Positions 26,384 through 42,151 of a stretch of DNA of 64,000 nucleotides are shown here, piece after piece. The notes beneath the pieces are model-generated. The model worked only from the letters and a program-made list of their open reading frames with translations, was not told where the DNA came from and searched no databases. The stretch spans positions 180,668,001 to 180,732,000 of the forward strand of contig NC_042997.1 in assembly GCF_006345805.1 (NCBI RefSeq), read 5' to 3'. Position numbers and translations under genes: made by a program. This DNA comes from Octopus sinensis. Its lineage: Eukaryota. The number at the start of each line of letters is the position of its first letter. Position 1 is the first letter of the stretch.

Positions 26384-26464
26384 AGAGACGCATATATTAC
26401 GTTTGGGGTCATTAGTAATATGACTAATGACCCCAAATGTAATATATACGTCTCTCTCTCTCTC

Positions 26465-26530
<66 letters not shown>

Positions 26531-26624
26531 AATCCGTTTTGTCTGTCTGTGCGTGTGTCTTCTAGGATCTCGGGCATCCGCCATCCGATTGCGCTCAAAT
26601 TTGATATGTAGATACCGACGGTAT
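26209..26624. repeat. About 415-bp imperfect palindromic element with microsatellites in both arms
   Basis: Outer arms of about 105 bp pair with a few mismatches; (TA)n(GA)n pairs with (TC)n(TA)n; the inner arms gtttggggtcattagt / actaatgaccccaaat enclose a 6-nt loop. Confidence 0.85.
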
Positions 26625-27276
26625 CAGATCGTGTTTTGGTAAGTACTTTTTTCTTTACCTATACAAATACCCATCATTATATCTAAGTCCATATCTATTT
26701 ATTGGCGTGTTTATTTAACTCGATGTTTACCTATGTCATTGTCATTTCCACGTCATCTATTTTAATCAGAAAATGAAGATGCTGACATTGTGATGCTGAG
26801 TAATAATCCTATATTCCTGTACGATTGCCTTTTAATTAGTTTTGTGACATTGTCTACCATTTGTATTTTCGATTCTAGGAAAGCAAGGAATGAAAGAAAA
26901 TATATGACACAACATGGGTAATATATTTCTCTTCAAAACATCCATTAAAGAAATAAAACATACATCTTTAGGATATATATATATTCATAAAACCTAATGG
27001 AAGTCAAAACTGTTATCGATTACACAACTCTGCATTTACCATATTCCATATACATTAATATTCTATAATTAATTTCAAATAATTGTACAGCGAAATGCAT
27101 ACACGTATTTCATTTTCCGTTTTTTTAACTTTTCACGTTTTCTATATGCTTCCTTCTCAACTTTCTGTTTTCCTTCTCTCATCCAATTTTCAGTTCGTTA
27201 TGATACGTGGTTTGTGGCTGATGAATATATTTTTTCTCAACATATGAAGCACATATAAACATGTATTGTGTCTATT

Positions 27277-27344
<68 letters not shown>

Positions 27345-27345
<1 letters not shown>

Positions 27346-27503
27346 TATAATCAACCGAAATTGCGAAGATAATCTGGTACTCGACTGAGGAAAGACAACT
27401 TCGAATGACCCGTCCTTGGTTTCTTCGTATCGTCTATCTGGATTTTTTGTCGTCTCATTTTTGTATCATCTAACTGTCCAGAGGTGTTTTGAGTTCATGT
27501 CCC

Positions 27504-27505
<2 letters not shown>
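27345..27505 (+). mobile_element. Short repeat fragment (probable PLE terminus), TA-flanked
   Basis: ccgaaattgcgaagataatctggtactcgactgagga...gtatcgtc aligns with the reverse complement of 28915-28995. Confidence 0.55.
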
Positions 27506-27601
<96 letters not shown>

Positions 27602-28594
27602 TTATCAGATAAATTCGTGAACTTTCCTACTTGGTACTCCATCATTGATTGTTCTAAAGAAGTAGAATTTAATAAAATTCCAAAAAGTTGTGCCAAATTT
27701 TGGATCGCAAACAAAAATGTCATATTTATATATATATATAAGTGAATTGAATAAATAAATATCACGATTACATTTCATAACGCAATCAAGGTGAGACAAC
27801 TGAGAAGTCGTAGGTGAATACCTATTATAGAATAATTTACTCTATAATACATAATTTATTAAAATTAATACATATATTTCTTTCATTTTTGCTTAGTACA
27901 GTCAATTTGCTTAGTTTCGAACATCATACTTACATATATTCAACTCTGATATGACGAGATAGCAGCTTCATTTCTTACAGTATTTTTAGAACAGGTTAGT
28001 GGGTACTTGTAGCAAGTGACAATCTGCTTGAAGTGATATGTCCACATTTCACAGTATAGCCACCATCATACAACTAGAGACTTACAAAGATATAGTTTTA
28101 TGACATCTTCATAAAGAAATACACAAAGCGATCAAAAGTATACATTTCGTATGAGAAAGCATCATAAAGTCAAGTTCTTCTACTAGTACAGATAGTTGAC
28201 AGCTAAGTTATCGCAAATGGACTTATTTTTATGGAAACTTTTTGTATAAGACAGTGTATTTCATTATTGCCTATCAAACGTTTTATAGCGATCACATGAT
28301 ATGTAGATATGTGTGTGGTATGTGATGTGAATGTGTGTATTTATATGAGTGTATATGTGCATATGTTACGTGTGGTTCTGTGAGATGTGTGGTTGTACGT
28401 GATAAGATGTTCAAATGGAAGAAATTTTAATATCAATAAATGTAACACAGATTGGTTGTTACTTCAGAGGGTGATGATTCATCACTTTCTTACTCCTAGT
28501 GCCGGGGTTCCTCGAATATAGAGCAGCCCAGATATTTTACATGTTTGTGTGTGTATATGTGTGTGTGATAGTGAATGTGTTGTGTGTGTGTGTT

Positions 28595-28632
<38 letters not shown>

Positions 28633-28673
28633 ATGGGATGTATAGTTAGATAAGTATGGAGATAGCTAGCTAG

Positions 28674-28741
<68 letters not shown>

Positions 28742-28745
28742 ATAT

Positions 28746-28824
<79 letters not shown>

Positions 28825-28859
28825 CTTACATACAAGGCCAAAGAGGGTACGGGCGCCGC

Positions 28860-29330
28860 TATATATATTATATGTAGAAAAATACAAACTGGGACAAGAA
28901 CGTAAAATATTTAGAAGACGATACAAAAAACACGGACGGGACATTCGAAACCTTCAATCTTCAGTCAAGAACCGGATCATCCTCGCAATTTCGGCTGATT
29001 AATCTTGAGATCGCTCCGATCCGGCCAGCCCCAAGGAAAAACTAAGCTACGAGCATTAGATTTCTTGGAAAAAGGATCAAATGTATACGAAACAAGGACA
29101 GAAAAACGGACGATGCCACACGAATATAAATACAAAAAACAATAATAGTAATAACAGGACAAAAACAGCGGGTGTCTTACGACTATAGACAGTACAACTA
29201 GTTTTAGCTGGCGTATTTGGAAAAAAATGCCTTGTTCGGCAGACGAAGACAACGATGTTCTCATGGCGCTGTTTATCCTTTGTGGTACGACGTAGAGCAT
29301 CATATTAATGTGCGGAATACGAGTCACATA
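28860..29330 (-). mobile_element. Probable PLE 3'-terminal fragment
   Basis: Homology to 27345-27505, pyrimidine-rich 3' region, ends at a TA tract; no catalytic motif recognised. Confidence 0.45.
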
Positions 29331-31651
29331 ATTGTATTAATAAAATAAAAAAAACATATATCCCATGTTTTATAAAATATACGCACATTTTCTCTGCTTA
29401 TTGAAACATTACATACCATTGCATAACACTGAAAGGGTGTATTAACCCTGATAATAAAATGATTCCACAAGCGATTATATAATCCTGGAAGCAATCCACT
29501 GAAACACGTATATGTTTTATGAGCAAAAAATATGTTTTCTGTATTTTATTAATGGGTGGGGTGTTGTAATTAGTTTGCGGCAGATTTCTTTTGCTTTGCA
29601 AATAATCACGTTTATGTTTTAGTAGAATGATTACTACAATGCATCACCATGCATTATGCATGTGAAACTGTTTTTCCCCTAATATTTATTTATATATACA
29701 ATTTGCAGTTTGCTTTCTGTATTGTAATTCCGTTACCATTATTTTTATATATAATAAAATAAAAATAGGCATTTGTCGTTTACCTCTACAAAATGTTTAT
29801 TATTACTGATTTTTAACAATTTATGAAAATTAGTAGGATAAAAATGTTAAATCATTTCATTTACTATTTCACGAGAATATATTCTTCAAGATTCATAGAC
29901 ACGTTGATAGTTTTAGATGTGCAATGTCCAGGTAATTCAGTATTTTTCTTTTTTCTTTATGCATAAAGATTGAATTTCTTTTTTTTGATGAAAATATTTC
30001 AGATATTTCAAAATTCACGTTAAGTGATTTTGGAAGAGACCTTGTGTATGATTTAGTCGCTTTTCTTGTTATTATTAGTCTTGATGATTTGTTCTAAGCC
30101 TGCTGGGATTGATCGAACTTGTTAATCGTTTAATATAAAAAGAACACTCGTCTTTATGCTATTTCAGGTAGGGAATAGTTATGACAACAGTAATGATTAC
30201 GTTAAAACATTCTACAAGACATCGGATCGTAGTTTAATCTGTTGTTTCTTCTATGTAGTGGGACTGCCTGGAATGTTCTACGTCGACTCGTAAGAATGTG
30301 TTTAAATTTGCAGATACACAAAGGCTGTATCTTACTGGTGGAAACAGATGTTATGCATATCACAATTGCATAGATTTTGTTTTTTATCATATATATTCTC
30401 AACGTAGTGAATAAAGAATTCAAAGAGATGATTGGATTATATTCGTACATATTGAATATATGTTCATAACCTGAAACCTTCAAATTTAAACGAACGAGAG
30501 AACAGACTTTTTTCTATTATGATTCTCAAAAACTTTGGTAAGATATGCAATGTGAATTACCGACATCTGAAGTTCAAAAGATCATTGATAATTAAAATTC
30601 TTCCTACATTCGCTCGCGTGCACATTTTAATAAGACTGTGAGAAGAAAACTTTACGAAAGGGCTTCCATGTCGATGAAAATACTAGATACAGTTGCCAAA
30701 TATTGATCAAATGACACTTCCGGCTTATATAAGGACAAGTTGATAAATGTAATAGTGAATACACTATTTCGAGAATAAGATTGGTCACTTATAGCTGACA
30801 AACCTTTGACATATGAACATCTCCTCCATCAGAGCTGAACAGTGGTTAAAGAAAATCGTTACCGAAGCATGCAAGTTTATTAAAACTATTGGGCTTTCCC
30901 CACTAAAAATCTTGAATAGATATATTGGACTGGCCTTGTAAGTTAATAATACATACATCTGAACATCCTTTTTGAAAAAATATCCAGCAATTTACATTTA
31001 CTTTTTTAAGACTTTTTTAATAGTATATATAATGTAAATAGAATGTTGTGACAGGCAGAGGAAAACCAGAAACATTGATGAGTGTGTAGGAAGATGTCAG
31101 AAGAGGCTATGGCCTTACATACTGTTATATAAGAAACTTTATTTTCAGTTCTATCTGACAATTCTTTGCAAGGCTGCCTGTCTGTTAAGATGTTGACAAC
31201 TGTCACGTGGATATAGAGATTTGTGAAGCACGTTTGTCACTTTTGCATGAGTGCTCTTACGTGCTGATATCTTTCGATTATTTTCGTGTAACTACTTATG
31301 ATTTGTCAGTTTATTGGTTCAGTATCACATGAAAATATTTATACGCATACAACCACACGGTTACCAAAATATCCACACAAACTACAAACACACGCACATA
31401 TATGCATGCATAATTGCACACATGTACAGATATGTTTGCACGTAGATACATATATACATGTACATATGTATATATACATGAATCTGAGTGAGTATAATAC
31501 TCGCCTACACACTCATACTCACATACATGCACATTTCCACACACACATATATATATATTTACATTATATATGTATATACGTATAAATATGTGTGTATGTA
31601 TGTGTATGTAATATATATATGCATTTATGTGTATATATATATATATGTATA

Positions 31652-31690
<39 letters not shown>

Positions 31691-31693
31691 TAT

Positions 31694-31996
31694 GGTGGGG
31701 TGCGTGTGTGTGCTAATTATTTTTAACTAAATTTCACCACTCACCTTTGGAGCATAAACGCAAAATATACCGTTGACCTTGTAAGTTTTTAACCAAACAC
31801 ATCGACGCATGTGCACGCAAAGGGAGACACAGAAATATAACAACGGGATGATGTGGTACGTGTAAAGTATTAGCAGAAGCTCAGGAAGGGGAAGATAGAT
31901 GGTTTAACGTTTCGAGCAGGAAACTTCGTTATTTATAACCGGCCCTGCCACACACACACATACACATATATATATAACCTTCGTTATATCTATATC

Positions 31997-32028
<32 letters not shown>

Positions 32029-32117
32029 CGTGTATATATATATATATATATATGTATGTGTGAGTGTGTGCGTGTATTTATGTGTGTATATATATAATGT
32101 ATATATATGTATATATA

Positions 32118-32183
<66 letters not shown>

Positions 32184-32592
32184 TATATATATGGTGGGGT
32201 GCGTGTGTGTGCTAATTATTTTTAACTAAATTTCACCACTCACTTTTGGAGCATAAACGCAAAATATACCGTTGACCTTGTAAGTTTTTAACCAAACACA
32301 TCGACGCATGTGCACGCAAAGGGAGACACAGAAATATAACAACGGATGATGTGGTACGTGTAAAGTATTAGCAGAAGCTCAGGAAGGGAAGATAGATGGT
32401 TTAACGTTTCGAGCAGGAAACTTCGTTATTTATAACCGGCCCTGCCACACACACACATACACATATATATATAACCTTCGTTATATCTATATCTATATCT
32501 ATATCTATATATATATGTGTGTGTGCGTGTATATATATATATAATATATATATATGTATGTGTGAGTGTGTGCGTGTATTTATGTGTATATA

Positions 32593-32630
<38 letters not shown>
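31694..32630. repeat. Tandem duplication, unit about 500 bp
   Basis: ggtggggtgcgtgtgtgtgctaattattttt... starts at 31694 and again at 32193; the non-microsatellite parts differ only by a few 1-nt changes. Confidence 0.92.
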
Positions 32631-32635
<5 letters not shown>

Positions 32636-34384
32636 TGTTTATGTGTGTCACTCTGTATATGTGCTTACATAAACATTTTCATGGGTGTCTGGAATAGTAG
32701 ACTGAAAAGAACACAAAAACGTTTAACGAATATTTATGAAACGTTTCGAGTTGGTATGTCAGTGCCGTTTCGAGATTAATTGGCCAACGCAAAATTTTGA
32801 CTTTTAAAGATTCAGCTATGTCTCGTTATTTGGACTAAAATCTGTTACAAGAACCAAACAATACGATAATATTATTGATGGCCATCTAATATGATAACGG
32901 CTTTAATCGATATCACTTATTGATTTAGCAATATCAAATGGCTATGCTATATTTTCCTATTCCTTACCTTATATCAGTATTCATAGTAGCATCTTCATAA
33001 TAAATTAATCTAGCCATCAACCATAAAAATATATGTGGAGAACATCAACTTATATGTGCATTTGCTTTATTTTCAACTTCTAAAAGAGAATATGATAAAG
33101 AAAATTAACGCATAACACTTTAGGATAGATCAGCCTATTCGTCAAAATATTTATATTTTATCTAGTTCAGATCTTTGTTCTGGTCAAATAAATCCCTGAA
33201 TATATCTCAGATATTTTTAGTAAATTTCTCTCTCTAAAGTAGCCACATTGTCTGGCTACTTTCTACTTATGTCAGACAACGTGAAATTTGATGTAAATGT
33301 AATGAGTTCCATTTAATTTATAAGGCTTGAAATGTCATTACAAAGGAAACAAAATCTGCCGTGTTGTAGATCTTTTCAGGATAATATCAAAATAGCTTAT
33401 CGAGTTCATTAAACATTAGTAAAGTAATACATTAATCATTAGAATGATTTTCTGAAGGAATTCGTTAAATACCATTGGAAAAATTCAATCTTGTCTAGTA
33501 ATTCATCACTCACTTTGGTATATAACAGTGTTCTTGTTTTCTCGGCGCAGGAAGAGAATTAATATATACATTATATACAACATTCTGTCGTAAATGCTGC
33601 AGTGAATAGGGTGTGTACCGTTTGAAAATCAACACCGTGCAAAGTTTTATTCTTCTCCACTTCTAGTAATGCTTATGTGGTTTCTTTGGAAAACTTAGAG
33701 TTTTGTTTTTCTTATTCGAAAACATCTGGGCTTTTTTTTTTTTCAAAATATAATCAATGGAAACTGATATATAAATAGGCCTAACCTTACTTATACTTTG
33801 TACACATAAACCACCACATATTCCTTCAGCTGTATTTCAATGCTAACCATCAAAGTTCATTCACTGCAATCATATTTAAGCTAAACTCTACTATGGAATA
33901 CATCAGTAAACTGTAGCCGTCACTACAGTTATAAATTAGTAGTTGTTACATTTGTATTAGGCATCCAGTCATGTTTAAACGGCTTTACGTAGAGAACTTA
34001 CTGAAAGATAGTCTTGTACATAGTTTCAATTGACATTACATTCACATCGGAATTTGCTTCCTATTATTAGCTACGGCTGTCAATTGCAATCGACGATAAG
34101 TTTGTATCAGCAAGTTACTAGTTTCAGTTAAATATATTTAGGTGCCTATATAGTCGGAAGTAAACACAAACACCGACTTCGCCAGCCAAAACTTGTTCAA
34201 GTACTACATCTAGGATCTGAGAACTACAGGGAATACGCTATATAAGCACTGAGAGATGCTGCAAATAGTAACGAGAAAAGATGTAAAAAGTGATTTGTAT
34301 CTGGAGCTCAGGAGACCGACACAAATAATGCAATATATTTTCTCGGATACAAGATTGTGTGTGTGAGCGTTCGTGTGCATATAT

Positions 34385-34835
34385 ATGTTGTATGTATGTA
34401 CATATGTATGTATGTATGAATTTATGTATGTATGTATGTATGTATCTATGAAGGAATGTATGTATGTATGTATGTATGTATGAATGTATGTATGTATATA
34501 TGTATATATGTATGAATGTATGTATGTATATATATGTATGTATGCATGAATGTATGTATGTATGAATGTATGTATGTATGAATATATGTATCTATGAATG
34601 TATGTATGTATGTACGTATGAATGTATGTATGTAAGTATGTATGAATGTATGTATGTATGTATGTAAGTATGTAAGTATGTATATATGAATGTATGTATG
34701 TATGTATGTATGTATGTATGTATGTATGTATGTATGAATGTATGCATGTACGTATGTATGTATGTATGTATGTATGTATGTATGTATGTATGCATGTATG
34801 AATGTATGTATGCATGTATGAATGTATGTATATAT
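34385..34835 (+). repeat. Degenerate (ATGT)n/(ATGA) tetranucleotide array
   Basis: About 450 bp; it accounts for the 214-aa 'HTYI' ORF. Confidence 0.95.
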
Positions 34836-35387
34836 GTGCTACAGTATTTCCCAAAACTACAAAACAATAATTATTATTGCCCCAAAAACTTATTCATGAG
34901 GCCAATCAAGTGAGATCGATATATGTAATCACCAAATATTTTGAACCAAAAGACCTGTTCAACCTTATGACAGTGAAGCACAGCTCAAAATAACGGGGCT
35001 CCATAATATAAGAGATTCACAAACATTCTCATCCTCACTTTCCTAAGAGAAATCATTATGGTTTCAACATCTAGGCAATAGTACTCAACCCGTGTCAGCA
35101 GTGTTAAAAACATAGACAAAACATACATATACAGAGTACTTAAAAGTGAGAGCCATACAGAGACAGACACCACATCTCTAGGTTGCTAGCTTCTAAGCTA
35201 GGTAAAGAGATAGTGAGGTAGGTAGGTAGGTAGGTAGGTAGGTAGGTAAATAGGTAGAGAGACAGACAGACAGACAGACCGACAGAGGCAGAAGACAAAC
35301 AGAGATGGATAGAACGAGAGAGGGGGTTAGAGAGAAAGGGTATAGAGAAAGAGTGGAATAGAGAGAGAGAGAGATGGAGATAGATAA

Positions 35388-35421
<34 letters not shown>

Positions 35422-35422
35422 C

Positions 35423-35487
<65 letters not shown>

Positions 35488-35574
35488 ATGATAGATAAAG
35501 AGAGGTAGATAGATAAATAGATAGGTAGGTAACTAGATAGATAGATCGATAGATAGATAGATAGATAGATAGAT

Positions 35575-36712
35575 ATGTTTCTTTATTAGCCACACAGGGC
35601 TGCACACAGATAGAACAAATTACAAGGTAGAGCTTTTCTTTTGAAGGTTTAAAAAAAAAAAAGAGGAAGGGAGAGTTTCGATCAAAAGGGATCGTAAAAG
35701 GAGAGAAAGAGGACAAAAAAAAGGGGGGGTTAAAAAAAAAGGGGGAGAGGAAAAAAAAAAAAATTGATCAATAGGGATCGTTATCACAGAAATGTCAATA
35801 TGAAGTGTAAAGGGGAGGACAGGTGAGGTTTACCCGTGGAAAGAAAAGCCTACGGAAAAGACCACGGTAACCTCGGTCAATGGAGTCACATGTTATATTT
35901 CTTTTTTTTTTATTTTTGCGAATAAGCAACTCTCTGTTTTCAATTTCTGGGTTCATAGGATCATGCCCAAGGTGGCTTCGTCATTCATACGTGCCATTCT
36001 TGCTACATTCACCCATCTTTTTTTAAAACATTCGCTAGACAAAACTTGCCTCTCTACTCTCACTTTCCTTTTCAAGTGGTACTTGAAGAAGTTGATGAGA
36101 GATTGACCAGAGAGGAAAGTGTTTGTCTCCAACCCTTTCAGACGCGTCCACCAGATACATTCTTTCGCCATAGCCACAAGGATGATAAAAATAGCTCTTC
36201 CTTCCCGTTTGAAGGAGGGAGGCGTGACAATATTGACGATAGACTCAGCTGATAAACCGACTCGTCCCACACGTGACAGCAGTTGTTCGACATAAGCCCA
36301 CAGGTCGGAAATTGTTGGACAGTGCACGAGTGCGTGCAGAACGGTTTCGTCGCTCTGACCGCATCTCGGGCAGGTCGGCCCCGTGTTTCTCGAGCCGTGT
36401 CTGTAGAGCTTATCCCGAACGGGTAGCGCTTCTCGGTAGCACTGCCAGGCCAGGGATCTCTGGAAGTTGTCCATGGGCCCTGGCCCGAAAGACGTCCTGA
36501 ACAGGCGGGTCAGGTACTCCTCGTCGACGTCCAGGTTCGCCCCGAGCTCGTCGTCGTACCTCCCCTCCACTAAACCCCTATAGAATGCTTTGGTTGTGTT
36601 GAAGTCACTCAAGGTCGACCCAGGACGGCAGAGTTGCTTGAGAGCAACGCGACACTCGCGGTGCCATTCGCCCTTCTTCGGCCTCTTTTTGATCCACGAC
36701 TGCAGTTCGGTC

Positions 36713-36713
<1 letters not shown>
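35575..36713 (-). mobile_element. Tx1/L1-clade retrotransposon, copy 1 (5'-truncated)
   Basis: ORF 35953-36612 with zinc-finger 'CPRCGQSDETVLHALVHC'; the 3' UTR ends ctaataaagaaacat then (ATCT)n; the 5' end is also in (GATA)n. Confidence 0.92.
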
Positions 36714-36767
<54 letters not shown>

Positions 36768-36774
36768 TAGATAG

Positions 36775-36829
<55 letters not shown>

Positions 36830-36937
36830 GCAGACAGAGAGACAGGCAGACAAACAGACAGACAGACAGATAGACAGATAGATAGACGACAGAAGACAGA
36901 CAGACAGATAGACAGACAGATAGATAGATAGATAGAT

Positions 36938-38213
<1,276 letters not shown>

Positions 38214-38259
38214 GCAGACAGAGAGACAGGCAGACAAACAGACAGACAGACAGATAGAC

Positions 38260-38294
<35 letters not shown>

Positions 38295-38323
38295 TAGACA
38301 GACAGATAGATAGATAGATAGAT

Positions 38324-38483
38324 ATTTTCTTTATTAGCCACACAGGGCTGCACACAGATAGAACAAATTACAAGGTAGAGCTTTTCTTTTGAAGGTATAA
38401 AAAAAAAAAAAAAAAAAAGGAAGGGGGAGGTTCGATCAAAGGGATCGTAAAAGGAGAGAAAGAGGACAAAAATAAGGGGGGTT

Positions 38484-38514
<31 letters not shown>

Positions 38515-40536
38515 AGAGGAAAAAAAATGATCAATAGGGATCGTTATCACAGAAATGTCAATATGAAGTGTAAAGGGGAGGACAGGTGAGGTTTACCCGT
38601 GGAAAGAAAAGCCTGCGGAAAAGACCACGGTAACCTCGTCAATGAAGTCACATTTTATATTTCTTTTTTTTTTTTTTTTTTTTGCAAATAAGCAACTCTC
38701 TGTTTTCGATTTCTGGTTCATAGGACTATGCTCAAGGTGGCTTCGTCATTCATACGTGCCATTCTTGCTACATTCACCCATCTTTTTTTAAAACATTCGC
38801 TAGACAAAACTTGCTTCTCTACTCTCACTTTCCTTTTCAGTGGTACTTGAAGAAGTTGATGAGAGATTGACCAGAGAGGAAAGTGTTTGTCTCCAATCCT
38901 TTCAGACGCGTCCACCAGATACATTCTTTCGCCATAGCCACCAGGATGATGAAAATAGCTCTTCCTTCCCGTTTGAAGGAAGGAGGCGTGACAATATTGA
39001 CGATAGACTCAGCTGATAAACCGACTCGTCCCACACGTGACAGCAGTTGTTCGACATAAGCCCACAGGTCGGAAATTGTTGGACACTGAACGAGTGCGTG
39101 CAGAACGGTTTCGTCGCTCTGACCGCATCTCGGGCAGGTCGGCCCCGTGTTTCTCGAGCCGTGTCTGTAGAGCTTATCCCGAACGGGTAGCGCTTCTCGG
39201 TAGCACTGCCAGGCCAGGGACCTCTGGAAGTTGTCCATGGGCCCTGGCCCGAAAGTCGTCCCGAACAGGCGGGTCAGGTACTCCTCGTCGACGTCCAGGC
39301 CCCCGAGCTCGTCGTCGTACCTCCCCTCCACTAAACCCCTATAGAATGCTTTGGTTGTGTTGAAGTCACTTAAGGTCGACCCAGGACGGCAGAGTTGCTT
39401 GAGAGCAACGCGACACTCGCGGTGCCATTCGCCCTTCCTCGGCCTCTTTTTGATCCACGACTGCAGTTCGGTCATGGAGACGAGCTGCGGGAAAGCGTGC
39501 CTCACAAACGGCGACCACACCTGTTCACCGTCGTCTACATAGAGCCAGAGATGTCGCAGTCTCAGCGCGTGTCTGCGCATCATCAACCACGGCATGCCCA
39601 GCCCTCCTTTTAACGGGTGTTGACAGCAAATGGATCGCCTGACCATCGGGACGCATCCTTTCCACAAGAAGCGAAAGAGGATGCGTTGTAGTTTGGTGAT
39701 GGTAGGGTCGGGACAAGGTACGACGGTCAGGCGGTAGTAGATGACGGACGCGATGTACGTGTTCGCCACCTCCGCTCGACCTTTTAGGGACAGTTTCCTC
39801 TCGGCCCATTGCCGGGCGAGAGTGACCACCCTACTCGTTATCTCGTTCCAGTTCTTCTCCACTTAGAGGTCCGGACCAAACCAGACCCGAGCAACTCAAC
39901 CGGGCCGTCGGTCCAGCGTCCCACGACGGAGGCGCTGGTGGACGGCATGGGCTTGCTTCTCCAGGTGCCTAGTCGCAAGCCCACTGACTTTTCCCGGTTG
40001 ATTTTCGCTCCTGTCACCGCTTCGTAGTTTTTCAGTGTCTCGCCGACCAGCTCGATGTGCTCGTGGCTAGACACTATGACGGTGACGTCGTCCGCGTATG
40101 CAGACACGCTCGTCCCGCATCCCAATTCTCGCGGGATGCCCCTTAGAGTCGCCAGCTTCGCAGTAGTGGCTCAAGTGTCAATACGTATAGAAGCGCCGAG
40201 AGGGGGCATCCCTGACGGACCGAACGTGCAATGTCGAAAGGTCTCGATAGATGTCCATTTACGCGAATTACCGAACGGATGCCTCTGTACAAGGCAGCTA
40301 TCCAGCCGCGGAAGACGGGACCGAAACCAGCCGCTCTCAGGACTGCCTCCAAGTATCGATGGTCTACCCTATCAAAGGCTTTTGATTGATCCAAGTTGAT
40401 CAGGGCCCCACCCATGCCAGGTTCGTTAACTACCCTGTCTATGATGTAGCGCATCAGATGGAGGTTGTCATGGATGGTCCGGCCTGGCACGGCGCATGTT
40501 TGCGCCTTGTCGACCAGTTTCTCGATGACAAGCGCC

Positions 40537-40537
<1 letters not shown>
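38324..40537 (-). mobile_element. Tx1/L1-clade retrotransposon, copy 3 (2.2 kb, includes most of RT)
   Basis: 'LDQSKAFDRVDH', 'VRQGCPLSALLY', 'SAYADDVTV', 'KLSLKGR', 'KGGLGMP' and the C-terminal CCHC finger, split by 1-nt frameshifts; both ends in (GATA)n. Confidence 0.95.
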
Positions 40538-40603
<66 letters not shown>

Positions 40604-40614
40604 CATAGATAGAT

Positions 40615-41089
40615 ATGTTTCTTTATTAGCCACACAGGGCTGCACACAGAACAAATTACAAGGTAGAGCTTTTCTTTTGGGGGTAAAAAAAAGGGGGTTG
40701 GTTTTCGATCAAAAGGGATCGTAAAAGGAAAGAAAGAGGACAAAAAAAGGGGAGGATTTTTAAAAAAAGGAGGGGAGAGGGAAAAAAAAGAAAAGGGGGG
40801 AAGAAAAAAAAGTTGATCAATAGGGATCGTAATCACAGAAATGTCAATATGAAGTGTAAAGGGGAGGACAGGTGAGGTTTACCCGTGGAAAGAAAAGCCT
40901 ACGGAAAAGACCACGGTAACCTCAGTCAATGAAGTCACATGTTATATTTCTTTTTCTTTTTTTTTTGCAAATAAGCAACTCTGTATTAATTTTTACGGTT
41001 CATAGAATCATAGTCAAGGTGGCTTCGTCATTCATACGTGCCATCCTTGCTACATTCACCCATCTTTTTTTAAAACATTCACTAGACAA
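40615..41089 (-). mobile_element. Tx1/L1-clade retrotransposon, copy 4 (3' UTR + ORF end)
   Basis: Same 3' terminus; its own truncation point ctagacaa|c(tagatagata); more diverged UTR. Confidence 0.9.
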
Positions 41090-41090
41090 C

Positions 41091-41161
<71 letters not shown>

Positions 41162-42151
41162 CAAAACGGTCAGACTTTGTATCTGTTGTATGACTATTTA
41201 CTTACCTCTAAATAATGCAGTGAATGTCTGTTATTTTCAATCATTAATTTATTGGCTTCTTGTATTAGCACAAAAACGAAAACTTGAACAAGATTAGTGA
41301 GTATACTAAATTATATCGAGCTGATTAGATTCAGAGTACTTATTTAGTCGACCCTATTTTCAATATATTTATAATGGTGTCGACTTTACATCTTATCCTT
41401 TTCCAATCGATAAAATGTGAACCAAATAATAATAATAATAATAGTAATAATAATAATAATAATAATATAATAATAATAATAATAACAATGTTAATAATAA
41501 TAATAATTCGTCGTAATAATTTCAAGATATTGGCATTTTGCCTTGTCAATGGAAATCAATAGTTTGTAGGTTATAATCCAACACCGACTTCTTGCCAGAA
41601 TGATGCTGCGAGTTGAACTTGTATAATTTTTTTTATTTGCTACTTGTTCTTATTTTTACTTGTTCTGTCAGATTATATTTTCCAGATGTTGTGCAGATAA
41701 TTTTGTTCAATATGTTGACTAAACAAAAGATGGAGAGGTGTGGGAAATGGTAATGCGGTGTGTAAAACGCCTTGCATTCACGTTCTTCTTATTGCTTTTC
41801 GTAACTTCTAATACTTGAACAGCAAACAAGATGAGGACAAATATCCGTCGAATGTAAATAATGTAAACAATGTAAATAATACTCTAATACTTTGTCATCC
41901 ACTTAGTGTGGGCCAGGTAACTTCAGCACTAATTTCCATGCCTTTATTTAGTTGATTGTATCCCCTTTCCGGCAAAATTAACAATTTTGCATATATAAGA
42001 AACACAGATATGTTCATTAAATGTAAATTGAACTACATTATAACTATTACCTCGTAGTTATTAATAAACCTTAGAACTGCATTCAGTTTATCCAAGAGAG
42101 GTAATACAGTTGCTTACAATACGCTGACTAATCAAATAGTTCCATAGATAA

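Noticed and set aside
27380-27415. CTGAGGA...CGAAT (and CTGAAGA...CGAAT on the minus strand near 28940-28965) as hammerheads
   Set aside because: GAAA is replaced by GAAT and stems I and III cannot be paired; at most decayed motifs.
38837-40538. Frameshifts in Tx1 copy 3 as programmed recoding
   Set aside because: They are scattered 1-nt indels, often in homopolymers and not shared between copies; better explained by sequencing error or decay.
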